NCBI GenBank assembly: GCA_963772795.1
Contig: CAVYYS010000007.1
Span: 953,350-1,017,349 of the forward strand
Source of the DNA: an uncultured Helicobacteraceae bacterium
Lineage (GTDB): Bacteria; Campylobacterota; Campylobacteria; Campylobacterales; Sulfurimonadaceae
Direction of reading: 5' to 3'
Length of the DNA: 64,000 nt
Notes under the pieces: generated by a model
The model's database searches: none
The model's input: only the letters and a program-made list of their open reading frames with translations
Told to the model about the DNA's origin: nothing
Shown: positions 1-10,012 of the stretch, one piece after another
Layout: each line of letters begins with the position of its first letter
Position numbering within the stretch: the stretch's first letter is position 1
Made by a program: the position numbers and the translations under genes

Positions 1-136
1 CAGCAACTTCGGCAAAGTCAATATCATGCTGCTGATGTTTCTGGGCCGCGTCGGGGTCTTTGCCTTTACCATTATAATCATTCGAAAAGCGGCGGTAAGC
101 CGAATTAAATACGTAGAAGGAAAAATTATAGTATGA
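1..136 (+). CDS. ktrB: Trk/Ktr potassium uptake membrane subunit, 3' end only (truncated by window)
   Basis: Frame 2 reads ...SNFGKVNIMLLMFLGRVGVFAF...KYVEGKIIV*, the MFxGRVG C-terminal signature of TrkH/KtrB. Its TGA overlaps the ktrA ATG. Confidence 0.85.
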   Translation, partial: SNFGKVNIMLLMFLGRVGVFAFTIIIIRKAAVSRIKYVEGKIIV

Positions 137-783
137 AAAGTTTTGCAGTTATCGGACAGGGGAAGTTCGGGTTTCACGTGGCCAAAGGACTTGCGCAACA
201 GGGGCACAGTGTCATCGCTGTTGACCGCGACGAGGAGCAGCTGCGCGAGATCAGCGAATATGTCGAAGATGCAATAGCGCTCGACTCTACGGACGTCAAG
301 GCGCTTCTCGAAGCGGGCATCGGACAGGTCGATGTCGTTGTGGTGAGCATCGGTGAAAATGTCGAAGCGAGCATTTTGACCGTCATGGCCCTCAAGGAGA
401 TCGGCGTGAATACCGTCATTGCCAAAGGTATTACTGTTATTCACGGGCAGATTCTGGCTAAGCTCGGGGCATCCAAAGTGATCTATCCGGAAAAAGAGAC
501 GGCGAAAAGAGTCGTAAAAAGATTAGCCGAAAACATTCATTACGAGACGATCGACCTCTCCATCACGATGAAGATCGCAAAACTTATGGTTCCGTCGTTT
601 TGGGTGGGCAAATCCATTCTTTCGGCTGTATTCAAAGAATCCTATGATCTCAAGCCCATCGCCTACAAGCATCAGGGAAAATGGCACACCTCCTTTGAAA
701 AGGACGATATTCTCGAAGACGGTGACATCATTGTCGTGATCGGAAACAGCAGCAATATCGAAGCACTCAGCAAAAAGATCTGA
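133..783 (+). CDS. ktrA: TrkA/KtrA potassium uptake NAD-binding subunit
   Basis: FAVIGQGKFG Rossmann motif, TrkA-N/TrkA-C layout, follows ktrB. Confidence 0.9.
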   Translation: MKSFAVIGQGKFGFHVAKGLAQQGHSVIAVDRDEEQLREISEYVEDAIALDSTDVKALLEAGIGQVDVVVVSIGENVEASILTVMALKEIGVNTVIAKGITVIHGQILAKLGASKVIYPEKETAKRVVKRLAENIHYETIDLSITMKIAKLMVPSFWVGKSILSAVFKESYDLKPIAYKHQGKWHTSFEKDDILEDGDIIVVIGNSSNIEALSKKI

Positions 784-859
784 ATACCAAAAATATTTGA
801 TGCACTTATTGGAGAGATTGTAAAATAAAGTTACAAAGAGGCAATGTCCCGCTCTTTGT

Positions 860-1588
860 CTATTGATGAAGGTAAAGATTGACTTCGTCCAAAAGTGCCT
901 GCATTGACGGCAGCAGTGAAGAGCTTGAGAAAGCTGTTTGAAAGGCTTCGATCTGCGACTTGGCCTGCATCGCCAAAAAACGCTTGCTTGATGGAGTACT
1001 GGTGTCGATGAAAGCGGCGTAGCTATTTTTGATCTCATGCGCTTTTGCCATCTCATCGGCGAACGTTTTTCTGCTCTGCCAATACTTTTCATATGCCTTC
1101 AGCTTCGCATCATCGGGATAGGCGGCCCTTGCTTCTTTGACTTTGGCATAGGCCTCTTTAGGCTCCAGACTCTCATCATCAAATAGCGCATACAAGATCT
1201 TTTTCGTATCGCCCAGTACAACCCCGTACCATCGATTGTGGTAAAAAAGCTCCAGTACATGGCCGGGAAGGATCTTGTCGTAGTGTGTGGTGTAGATGTC
1301 TTCACTCTCTGAGGCTTTTTTGGTGTTTTCGGTGATGGTATAGTTGTACTGCTTCAGCCCGATCGCAGCAAAACGGGTGTTTGCATGGTGATGATTCAGC
1401 GATTCATCTACCGACTCCAAATAGAGCTCTTTGTCGTATTTTTTTAGCTGGGCTAGGGTGTTGAGCGACTTGAAATCGATCTTGCCGCTCGGCATCGGGG
1501 TAAGTTTGACACGCTCGCTGCCGGAGACGATATAGAACTCTGCCCAAGCCTGCGAGAACAGTAGAACAAAAAGCAGCAGAACACGCAT
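860..1588 (-). CDS. hypothetical exported protein
   Basis: 242 aa ORF with signal-peptide-like N-terminus (MRVLLLFVLLFSQAWA), abuts the S4 gene. Confidence 0.75.
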   Translation of the reverse strand: MRVLLLFVLLFSQAWAEFYIVSGSERVKLTPMPSGKIDFKSLNTLAQLKKYDKELYLESVDESLNHHHANTRFAAIGLKQYNYTITENTKKASESEDIYTTHYDKILPGHVLELFYHNRWYGVVLGDTKKILYALFDDESLEPKEAYAKVKEARAAYPDDAKLKAYEKYWQSRKTFADEMAKAHEIKNSYAAFIDTSTPSSKRFLAMQAKSQIEAFQTAFSSSSLLPSMQALLDEVNLYLHQ

Positions 1589-1791
1589 CAGATGACCTTA
1601 ATGACAATATCAGCGATCGTTATCGTTTCGCCCGAACGGATCTTGGCCCTTTTACGTGTTTCAAGTTCGCCGTTGCGAAAGACATGTTCCTGTTCGATGA
1701 TCTGTTTTGCTTCGGCGCCGCTGTCGACAAGTGCCAGTATTTTGATGAGTTTATAAAGTTCGATGTATTCGTCTGTCAGTTGATAGGTCAT
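1588..1791 (-). CDS. S4-domain RNA-binding protein (YaaA/YbcJ-like)
   Basis: EYIELYKLIK...SGAEAK...NGELETRKRAKIRSG motif. Start moved to ATG 1791, which has an AGGAG SD. Confidence 0.88.
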   Translation of the reverse strand: MTYQLTDEYIELYKLIKILALVDSGAEAKQIIEQEHVFRNGELETRKRAKIRSGETITIADIVIKVI

Positions 1792-2069
1792 AACTCTCCT
1801 TTGCGATATAGTAGCGAAGGTGCTGTTAAGAGGAATATAAAATTGTATAAAAGAGAGGGGTGAAAATAGATGAAAAGACATCTTGTGCCTGATCATCAGT
1901 AGATCTGCCAGATTTTTAGCCTATTCCAAGGCTTTGTCGAGAATGATATGAAGATCAACTACCACAGAAGATTGGAAAATTAATATCCAACAGAAATTCA
2001 CTATAAAGATTGTAGTGGAGAATTATTTTATCCGGCTATCGCTTATTTTTACATTAAATAAAATCAAAA

Positions 2070-3272
2070 CTAATCGATCTTAGCGTTACGAATAAGGTTG
2101 GCACACTCTTTTGCTATGGCAAATTCTTCATCGGTCGGTATAACGAAAAGTTTTATTTTGCTGTTTGTTTGATGGACAGCATGTGCAGTATGGCTCTCAT
2201 AGGTGTTCAGATCAGTATCAAGGGCAATGCCGAAAGCCTCACCGAGCTCCGCAAGGACCATCGAGCGTATCAACGCGGCATGTTCGCCGATGCCGCCGGT
2301 AAAGACAATGGCGTCGACACGGCCAAGGACAGCGATATAAGAACCGATATATTTTTTAATGCGGTAGGTAAACATCTCGAGGGCGAGCACGGCCTGTTTG
2401 TCACCGTTCTTCGCCCTTTGTACGATGGTCCGCAGGTCGTTTTCATTGCAGATGCCTTTGAGGCCGCTCTCCGTGTTTAAAAGTGTGTCTGTCTCATGGG
2501 CAGTCAGATGAAGCTTTTCTATCAGATAGACAACGATAGCCGGATCAAGGTCGCCGCAACGCGAGCCCATAATGAGCCCCTCCAAGGGCGTAAATCCCAT
2601 AGAAGTATCGACACTTTTTCCGTTTTTGATCGCACAGGCGCTCGCCCCGTTACCAAGATGCAAGGTAATAAGATTAAGCGTTTCAAGCGGGGCATTCAGA
2701 GCCCTTGCAGCCTCTTGCGCCACATAGTGATGGGAAGTGCCGTGAAAACCGTACCGACGGATATGAAACTCTTTGTACAGGGACATGGGCAGGGCGTAGA
2801 GAAAGGCATGTTCCGGCATATCATGGTGAAAGGCCGTATCGAATACAGCGATATTCGGGATCTGCGGTGTATGCCCGAAGGTGAGCTCGATACCGAGCAC
2901 GTTGGCCGGATTATGCAGCGGGGCGAGCCGATTCAGTTTCTTGAGCTGGCCCAGGATCTTCTCATCGATCAAGGTCGGTCTGAAAAACTTCTCCCCGCCG
3001 TGAACGACGCGGTGGCCTATCGCATCGAGATCATGCTCTACGTCGATAATCTTCTCTAATTCAAAGGTTTGAAAAAGCAGGGAAAAGGCCGCTTCGTGAT
3101 CGGGGATGACCTGCTCAATCTCCTGGTCCCGGCCTTGATAGTGAAGGTGAAAAACGCTTCTGTATTCGGCGATCTCTTCGATAAGACCTGAAGCGATGAC
3201 AGAAGAGCTCTCTATCTCAAACAGTTTCCATTTCAGTGAGGAGCTGCCGGCATTCAAGACCAGGATCTTCAT
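2070..3272 (-). CDS. ackA: acetate kinase
   Basis: MKILVLNAGSSSLK, GHRVVHGG, APLHNP, RRYGFHGTSH, IPTDEE motifs. Confidence 0.97.
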   Translation of the reverse strand: MKILVLNAGSSSLKWKLFEIESSSVIASGLIEEIAEYRSVFHLHYQGRDQEIEQVIPDHEAAFSLLFQTFELEKIIDVEHDLDAIGHRVVHGGEKFFRPTLIDEKILGQLKKLNRLAPLHNPANVLGIELTFGHTPQIPNIAVFDTAFHHDMPEHAFLYALPMSLYKEFHIRRYGFHGTSHHYVAQEAARALNAPLETLNLITLHLGNGASACAIKNGKSVDTSMGFTPLEGLIMGSRCGDLDPAIVVYLIEKLHLTAHETDTLLNTESGLKGICNENDLRTIVQRAKNGDKQAVLALEMFTYRIKKYIGSYIAVLGRVDAIVFTGGIGEHAALIRSMVLAELGEAFGIALDTDLNTYESHTAHAVHQTNSKIKLFVIPTDEEFAIAKECANLIRNAKID

Positions 3273-5362
3273 TTGATTCCCTGTGCCTGGATAGCGGTAA
3301 TGGCGATAGTGTTGACAATGTCGTCGACGCTGCACCCCCGGCTGAGATCATTGACCGGTTTTTTAAGGCCTTGTAAGACAGGACCGATGGCGATGACTCC
3401 GGCACTTCTCTGTACCGCCTTGTAGGTGTTGTTACCGGTATTGAGATCAGGGAAGATAAAGATGGTCGCCGAACCGGCGACACTGCTCAGCGGCAGTTTT
3501 GTTTTGGCAACATCGGGATCGATGGCAGCATCATACTGGATCGGCCCTTCGACAAGCAGCTCAGGATGGCGTGACTTGACGATCTCGGTCGCTTCGCGAA
3601 CCTTGTCTACGGCCAGACCCTGACCCGATTTTCCTGTGGAGTACGAGAGCATAGCGATACGCGGTTCGATCCCGAAATCCTGTGCCGTCTTAGCAGATGA
3701 GATAGCGATCTGTGCAAGTTCTTCTGCATTAGGGTCCTGGTTGATAGCACAATCACCATAGACGAGAACATGTGTCTCAAGACACATAAAAAAAACACTT
3801 GATACGATTTTGACATTATCGGTAGTTTTGATGATCTGAAGAGCCGGACGAATGGTGTCTCCGGTGGTATGGATGGCACCCGAGACCATGCCGTCAGCCA
3901 TATTGAGTTGTACCATCATCGTCGCAAAATAGGTGGGGTGGGACATGGCATCTCTTGCTCCATCCAAACTAAGCCCTTTGGCCTTCCGAAGCGCAAAGAA
4001 CTTCTGAGAAAACTCCTCTGTCAAGTGAGAGTTTTCCGGATCGATGATGGTTGCTTTTGAGAGATCGAGTCCCAACAGTGAGACCTGATGGTCGATCTCC
4101 TCTTTTTTGCCGAGTAAGATAATATCGGCTACATCGCGGCGAAGCAGTATCTCTGTCGCACGCAGGATCCGCTCATCACTGCTTTCAGGCAGGACAATAC
4201 GTTTGCGGTTTTGACGTGCACGTTCAAAAAGAGTGTAGGTGAACATCATCGGTGTGATAACGCTGCTGCGGACCTCTTTCAACCCATATACGATGCGTTC
4301 AATGGGGACATGGCTCTCAAAGATCCCTTTGGCCAGGGCGATCTTCCTGGCGCTGTTGGCACTGAGCCGGGCACGCACGTTATGGACGATGGAAGCTGTT
4401 TCATAGGTGTCATAGCCGACGCTCATGATCGGCAGTTCGATCATATGAAAATTTTCCAGAAGCTGCATCATGACCGCATTCGGGGTGATGCCCCCGGTCA
4501 GGATGATACCGGCTATATTGGGAAAATCTTTGGCATAAAACGAGACAAAAGAGGCAAGGATGACATCGATGCGGTCGGCGGGAACAATGATCAAGGAACC
4601 CTCCTCAATACGGGGCAGGTAGTTCTCCAGACTCATTGCGGCGATCTTGCTCTTTTTGACCACATTGTTGAGAGTATGTTCATCACCGAGCAGCATCTCT
4701 GCATTGAGGGCCTCTTTGATCTCCTTTAGCGACGGCGTGTCGAGTTCACTGTTTTCCGGCAGCAGATAGTTTGCGACTTTTGTCGGATGGGCATGGATTA
4801 GACGTACCAACGCCTGTAGTTGGGACTCTTCCACCCGGTTGATAAAGGTGGCAAAATGGCTGACACCTTCAGTGCGGATGATCTCCTCTTCGATCTTGAT
4901 CTCATCATAAAGTTCATTGCTCTTTTTATTTTTGGCGTTGAGAACGGGGATAAAAGGGGTGTTGAGGTTTTTGGCTAAAAAGAGGTTGATGTCAAAGTCA
5001 AGTGTGGCACTGAAGAGTGAGCGCGGCAGCCCCTCGACGAGGATGAAGTCAAAATTCTTTTCCAGCGTTTTATACCGGGTGATGAGTGTTTCGAGCAGCG
5101 TGTCCAGCCGGTCTTCGGCAATCAGGCTCTCCACCTCGTCAACCGAATAGAGGAAGGCCTCTTCATGGGACTGGTTTAGACTGTAGTGTTCGCGCATAAA
5201 ATCGATATCACCGTCACTTTTTTCTTTGTGCATAATAACCGGGCGGAAAAAGGCAACCTTGTGATAACGACTTTTAAGCAGCTCCATCAACCCCATACTG
5301 ATGATAAGACTGCCGGCTGACGATTCGAGAGAAGCGAGGTAGAGACTGGATGTTTTCGGCAT
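3269..5362 (-). CDS. pta: phosphate acetyltransferase (long form, BioD-like plus DRTGG N-terminus)
   Basis: RIVLPE, SGAIHTTGDTIRPALQ, GNNTYKAVQR, DLSRGC motifs; upstream of ackA. Confidence 0.96.
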   Translation of the reverse strand: MPKTSSLYLASLESSAGSLIISMGLMELLKSRYHKVAFFRPVIMHKEKSDGDIDFMREHYSLNQSHEEAFLYSVDEVESLIAEDRLDTLLETLITRYKTLEKNFDFILVEGLPRSLFSATLDFDINLFLAKNLNTPFIPVLNAKNKKSNELYDEIKIEEEIIRTEGVSHFATFINRVEESQLQALVRLIHAHPTKVANYLLPENSELDTPSLKEIKEALNAEMLLGDEHTLNNVVKKSKIAAMSLENYLPRIEEGSLIIVPADRIDVILASFVSFYAKDFPNIAGIILTGGITPNAVMMQLLENFHMIELPIMSVGYDTYETASIVHNVRARLSANSARKIALAKGIFESHVPIERIVYGLKEVRSSVITPMMFTYTLFERARQNRKRIVLPESSDERILRATEILLRRDVADIILLGKKEEIDHQVSLLGLDLSKATIIDPENSHLTEEFSQKFFALRKAKGLSLDGARDAMSHPTYFATMMVQLNMADGMVSGAIHTTGDTIRPALQIIKTTDNVKIVSSVFFMCLETHVLVYGDCAINQDPNAEELAQIAISSAKTAQDFGIEPRIAMLSYSTGKSGQGLAVDKVREATEIVKSRHPELLVEGPIQYDAAIDPDVAKTKLPLSSVAGSATIFIFPDLNTGNNTYKAVQRSAGVIAIGPVLQGLKKPVNDLSRGCSVDDIVNTIAITAIQAQGIK

Positions 5363-5468
5363 AAAAACCATTCCTCCGTGGGCGAATTGTTGCGTCGGCT
5401 ATATTTGACTTATCTTACTTCAAACTTCATTGTGATAGCCTTACAAATCTTTCAAAAAAGGTGTTTAG

Positions 5469-5906
5469 ATGCTCTGTCCGTGCGGATCAAACAAAACGTA
5501 TCTTCTCTGCTGCGGACCGCTTCATACCGGCACGCAAAAGGCACAGAACCCTGAAGAGTTGATGCGTTCCCGCTATAGCGCATTCGTAATGGGGGAGTCT
5601 GAATATCTTTTCAAAACGTCCCTGGCCAGACATCATGCCCCTGATGAACTCGACCAGCTCAAGGCCGCAATGGGTCAGGTTGAGTGGCTTAAACTCGAAG
5701 TCCTGGACGCATACGGAGACAGTGTTGAGTTCAAAGCCTATTTCAGAGACGAAAACGGGGTCTCTATGATGCATGAAAAAAGTAAATTTGTATTTGAAGA
5801 GGAAGCATGGTCTTACGACGAAGGTACGCTTTTTAATACAAAGATCGAACGCAATGCTGCCTGCCCATGCGGAAGCGGCACAAAATATAAAAAGTGCTGC
5901 GGGTAG
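5469..5906 (+). CDS. ychJ: YchJ family SEC-C motif protein
   Basis: N-terminal CPCGS..CC..H, LMRSRYSAF, C-terminal CPCGSGTKYKKCC. Confidence 0.9.
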   Translation: MLCPCGSNKTYLLCCGPLHTGTQKAQNPEELMRSRYSAFVMGESEYLFKTSLARHHAPDELDQLKAAMGQVEWLKLEVLDAYGDSVEFKAYFRDENGVSMMHEKSKFVFEEEAWSYDEGTLFNTKIERNAACPCGSGTKYKKCCG

Positions 5907-6059
5907 ATACCTGGGTCTCCCTGAACGGTTACTTTTCTCTGCCCACATCTCGGGCATAAGGCTTACTTTAACTATTTAATAACCGCTTTTTGGGTATAAT
6001 TCCGAAAAATTATTTAGGCATTTTGCTTTCTGCCTTGCCTGAAGAAGAAGAGAAAAATT

Positions 6060-7664
6060 ATGGTTAGAACACAAAAATTAACGATGCGTTTTGGCAACCG
6101 TGTCCTTTTTGAAGATATTAATATTAAACTTGACCAACACAAACGTTACGGCCTGATCGGTGCCAACGGTGCCGGTAAAACGACCTTCTTGAAGATATTA
6201 AGCGGCGAGATCAAGGAGTATGAAGGCGACGTGATCATCGGAAGCGGCCTTAAAGTGGGTGTTCTGGGGCAGAACCAGTATGCCTTTGAAGACTTCACCA
6301 TAATGGATGCCGTACTATACGGCAACAAACGTCTTTATGACGCGATCAAAGAGAAAGAAGAGCTCTATGCTACGGGCGATTTTGAAGATGATAAGGTCAA
6401 TGACCGTCTTGGCGAGCTTGAGATGATCTGCGTCGAAGAGGACCCGACCTATGAGTATGAGATTCAGATCGCCAAGATACTGGAGAATGTCGGTATACCC
6501 TCAGAAGAGCACCACAACCTGATGTCGTCGCTTAAGACGTCGGACAAGTTCAAGGTTCTGCTTGCGCAGGTCCTGTTCCCAAAACCGGATGTCCTCTTCC
6601 TGGATGAGCCTACCAACAACCTGGACATCGAGAGTATCGGCTGGCTGGAACACGAACTCCAGCGCCATGAAGGTACGATGGTCGTTATCTCGCACGACAG
6701 GCACTTTTTGAATGCGGTCGTGACCAATATCCTGGATGTTGATTACCAGAAGATCCGCGAGTTCACGGGTAACTATGATGACTGGTATATCGCCTCGACC
6801 GTTATGGCAAAGCAGCTGGAGAATGACAACGCCAAAAAGCTGAAAGAGAAAGAGGACCTGGAAGCCTTTGTGCGCCGTTTCTCCGCCAATGCCTCAAAAG
6901 CAAAACAGGCGACATCGCGTCAGAAGCAGCTTGACAAACTCAATATCGAAGATATCAAGCCCTCATCCCGCCGTGATCCGAGTATCGTTTTCAAGCCAAA
7001 ACGTCAGATGGGTGATGAAGCACTGACCCTGGAGAACATTTCGCACTCCTACGGCGACCTGCAGGTTCTTAAAAATGTGAACATCCGTATCGAGCCGGGC
7101 GAAAAGATCGCGCTGATCGGTGCCAATGGTGTGGGAAAAACGACACTCTGCAAGATCATTATGGAAGAGATCAAGCCGACAGAGGGCAAGGTTCACTGGG
7201 GTGCAACGATTGAAAACTCTTATTTCCCGCAGGATACAGCCGATCAGATCCGCGGTACCGGAACACTTTATGAGTGGCTTCGCGGCTTTGATCCAAAACG
7301 TGATATCGCCGAGATCCGCAACTGTCTTGGACGTATGCTCTTTAACGGCGAGCAGCAGGAAAAATCGGTCGAAAAGATCTCCGGGGGCGAAAAACACCGT
7401 ATGATGCTCTCCAAGATGATGCTCGAAAACGGCAATTTTCTTGTTCTGGATGAGCCGTCGAACCACCTTGACCTGGAGGCGATCGTTGCACTGGGAGAGG
7501 GACTGTTCAATTTTGACGGCAACGTGATCTGTGTCTCGCATGACCGCGAACTGCTCGACTCTTTTGCCGATAGAATCATCGAGCTCCACGATGACGGCAC
7601 GTACACTGACTTCAAAGGTACGTACGAAGAGTTTGTGGAGGCAAAATCGAATGGCCGATTATAA
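6060..7664 (+). CDS. ABC-F family ATP-binding protein (YbiT-like)
   Basis: Two Walker A (GANGAGKT, GANGVGKT), LDEPTNNLD and LDEPSNHLD, no TM segments, FSANASKAKQATSR linker. Confidence 0.93.
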   Translation: MVRTQKLTMRFGNRVLFEDINIKLDQHKRYGLIGANGAGKTTFLKILSGEIKEYEGDVIIGSGLKVGVLGQNQYAFEDFTIMDAVLYGNKRLYDAIKEKEELYATGDFEDDKVNDRLGELEMICVEEDPTYEYEIQIAKILENVGIPSEEHHNLMSSLKTSDKFKVLLAQVLFPKPDVLFLDEPTNNLDIESIGWLEHELQRHEGTMVVISHDRHFLNAVVTNILDVDYQKIREFTGNYDDWYIASTVMAKQLENDNAKKLKEKEDLEAFVRRFSANASKAKQATSRQKQLDKLNIEDIKPSSRRDPSIVFKPKRQMGDEALTLENISHSYGDLQVLKNVNIRIEPGEKIALIGANGVGKTTLCKIIMEEIKPTEGKVHWGATIENSYFPQDTADQIRGTGTLYEWLRGFDPKRDIAEIRNCLGRMLFNGEQQEKSVEKISGGEKHRMMLSKMMLENGNFLVLDEPSNHLDLEAIVALGEGLFNFDGNVICVSHDRELLDSFADRIIELHDDGTYTDFKGTYEEFVEAKSNGRL

Positions 7665-8481
7665 GGCATACCTTGGGTTAGGTATCGCCGGCAATTTTGC
7701 GCTGCATTTGGAGCAGGCCGGCGAACTCGAAGATTTTAAAGATGTCATCACAGAAGACCCTAACGGACCGAAGGGGATCTTCCCTTTTTATGTCCCGGGT
7801 TTCGAGAATCAGCTGGGGGTCTACCCTCTCTCTGACGACACCATAATTTTACCTGAGGCAGAGGTGAATGTTCAAGCTGAACCTGAGGTCGCTCTTCTCT
7901 GCGAGATAAGCTATGCAGACGGCAAGGTCTCGACCATTATCCCAACACAGTTCGGTGCCTATAACGACTGCTCTATCCGCAAAGAGGGGGCCAAAAAGAT
8001 CTCCGAAAAGAAAAACTGGGGCCCTGCAAGCAAGGGACTGAGCGCGACGATGATTGATATTGACAAATTTGAAGAGGGAAGCATGCTGGATCGCTGGCGT
8101 CTCTGCAGCTTCCTGCGCCGCGGTGAGACGATGATGCGCTACGGCGAGGATGTCGAACTCAGCGGCTATAGCTTTTTTTATCAAAAACTGCTTGCGTGGA
8201 TGCGTGATCAGATCAACGGACAAGTCGATAACGGGCCGCTGGAGCCCCTGCTTGAGTACATCGAAAAGGCCGGTTACCCGGACAAAGCCGTCATCAGTAT
8301 CGGTGCGACCCGCTACACGCAATACGGCGAAAAAACCTTCCTGCAAGAGGGCGATGAGATCATCATCGTAGTTTATGACAATGATCTTTACTGCAAAAAT
8401 CCGATCATGATGATGGCACAAAAAGGCGAGCTTGATGTGCCGGGTGTCAGTGCGCTGGTCCAGAAAGTCAAACGTGCTTAA
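7651..8481 (+). CDS. DUF5718-like protein (possibly FAH-hydrolase fold)
   Basis: GIAGNFALHLEQAGE, EPEVAL, NDCSIR, SEKKNWG. Start at ATG 7651. Family name from recall. Confidence 0.7.
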   Translation: MADYKAYLGLGIAGNFALHLEQAGELEDFKDVITEDPNGPKGIFPFYVPGFENQLGVYPLSDDTIILPEAEVNVQAEPEVALLCEISYADGKVSTIIPTQFGAYNDCSIRKEGAKKISEKKNWGPASKGLSATMIDIDKFEEGSMLDRWRLCSFLRRGETMMRYGEDVELSGYSFFYQKLLAWMRDQINGQVDNGPLEPLLEYIEKAGYPDKAVISIGATRYTQYGEKTFLQEGDEIIIVVYDNDLYCKNPIMMMAQKGELDVPGVSALVQKVKRA

Positions 8482-8689
8482 AAAAGGCCTCTATCAGCAC
8501 TACAAAGGCGGTCAGTACGAGGTGATAGACATCGTGCGTCACTCTGAGACAGAGGAGATATTAGTCCTCTATCGTGCGCTTTACGGTGAACGAGGTTTGT
8601 GGGTGCGCCCTTTAGCGATGTTTACGGAGAGTGTGGCTATTGACGGCGTGTGTATGCCGCGTTTCGAATATATCGGAGCGCAGCGATGA
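8474..8689 (+). CDS. DUF1653 domain protein
   Basis: GLYQHYKGGQYEV...HSETEE..VLYRALYG...WVRPLAMF; GTG start at 8474. Confidence 0.9.
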   Translation: MLKKGLYQHYKGGQYEVIDIVRHSETEEILVLYRALYGERGLWVRPLAMFTESVAIDGVCMPRFEYIGAQR

Positions 8690-9027
8690 GCCGCGGTAAA
8701 AAGCTTGATCTTCAAGTCGGAATCGAACTTGGCAACAACGATTGGGCCGTAGTCTCTGAAAAACGTGAAATTGCCATAGCCGATGAGATAGAACCTGCCA
8801 AACACCAGCTCGTTTTTCACAAAGAGAAACGGCGTGGCAAAGCGGTCACCCTGGTCGGTCCCTTCTCTATCGAAAAAGAGACGCTCAAAGAGCTGCTGAA
8901 GAGTTTAAAAAAGCGACTTGCCTGCGGCGGGACTGTCAATGAGGATTTCCTTGAGTTCCAGGGAGATATTCAGCCAAAACTCAGAGCGCTTCTTGAAGCT
9001 GCCGGATACCGCTTTAAGCGAAAATAA
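8686..9027 (+). CDS. SUI1/YciH family translation initiation factor
   Basis: EKRRGKAVTLV...LKKRLACGGTV...FQGD motif. Confidence 0.88.
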   Translation: MSRGKKLDLQVGIELGNNDWAVVSEKREIAIADEIEPAKHQLVFHKEKRRGKAVTLVGPFSIEKETLKELLKSLKKRLACGGTVNEDFLEFQGDIQPKLRALLEAAGYRFKRK

Positions 9028-9066
9028 CATTCAGACCGCTCTTCGAATTCCCCTCTGCTCCCTAAA

Positions 9067-9332
9067 GGGCACCTCTAAAAACCCTAGTTTACTTCAGCGA
9101 TAGAGAGAAGTTCACAATCAAGGCCCTCCTTTGAAGCCCTAGCTATAGCTAAGGCGAAAAGGGGCAACGCGGAGTGTGGGCTTCTCTCTTTCGCCCGAAG
9201 GGAGGGATAAAGAGAGCGATCTTGCACACAATTTTCTATCCTCATAGCTACGGCTATGACTCAAGAAAAGTTCTGCACAAGCTCATCTCTCTTTCTTCCC
9301 TCTGAAGCCTGCTAGGGTCTTTAGAGGTGCCC
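9067..9332. mobile_element. MITE-like palindromic element
   Basis: Terminal inverted repeats GGGCACCTCTAAAAACCCTAG / CTAGGGTCTTTAGAGGTGCCC (1 mismatch), TAAA on both flanks, two long internal hairpins, no ORF. Confidence 0.8.
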
Positions 9333-9396
9333 TAAAGCCATTTTTGTTAGAATAGAAAAAATATTCCCATTTTATTGGGATTACTAGGAATCACAG

Positions 9397-9714
9397 ATGG
9401 CAAAACGTGTCATTAAAGATGAACGCATCAAAACAATTATCAAGAATATTGCAGCAGATTTTCGATTTACCCAGGAGATGAGCGACAAAGCAATGCTTTT
9501 CTATAATGCGGAGAGCAGCGGGGTGATCAAGGGGCGCGAGATCGAAGATATGATCGAGTATGTTGAGACAGGGTTGCTTGAACTGGGCAACAACATGGCC
9601 TGGAAACAGCAGTTTTTAAACGAGAATTCCGGTGTTGATGAGATGAAACTGCTCGACAATATGAAAACGATCGAAGAGGAATATATCGACCTTCTCTCTT
9701 TTTTGAAAAAGTAA
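9397..9714 (+). CDS. hypothetical protein
   Basis: 105 aa ORF with AGGA SD and an upstream TAGAAT -10-like box. Confidence 0.8.
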   Translation: MAKRVIKDERIKTIIKNIAADFRFTQEMSDKAMLFYNAESSGVIKGREIEDMIEYVETGLLELGNNMAWKQQFLNENSGVDEMKLLDNMKTIEEEYIDLLSFLKK

Positions 9715-9730
9715 GTACTTTCAACCCTCT

Positions 9731-10008
9731 GTAAGTCTGTTTTGACTGAAAGCCCGACTGACGCTAAGTCAAGTCAAACGGACTCCTACCTGTTTGAGTG
9801 TGAAGAGAGAAGGGGCGGTCCATCTGCACGTGAGCCCACTGCTGAAGATGACCAAAGGAAATACCTTTAGATGGAACCAAGTGTTAATGTAGCCAAGCGG
9901 ACTTTGTTCACCCAATGATTGAAATAAGAGTGCGGTTCATCTGCACGCGAGCCCTCCGCTGAGGAAAACATAGCGTTAGCGTAGTTAAACGGACTTAGTT
10001 CGTTTGAC
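9731..10008. repeat. degenerate REP-like repeat cluster
   Basis: GCGGTYCATCTGCACGYGAGCCC..GCTGA at ~9815 and ~9932; AGYYAARCGGACT at ~9772, ~9891 and ~9983. Confidence 0.65.
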
Positions 10009-10012
10009 GTAT

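Noticed and set aside
1855-2069. SD plus ATGAAAAGA and short frames between the S4 gene and ackA
   Set aside because: The frame stops after 10 codons. It may be a decayed gene but nothing identifiable supports a call.
9731-10008. Possible CRISPR array or tandem riboswitch
   Set aside because: Repeats are degenerate, of two kinds and irregularly spaced. No cas genes are nearby, and the site is 3' of both neighbours. Kept only as a REP-like cluster.
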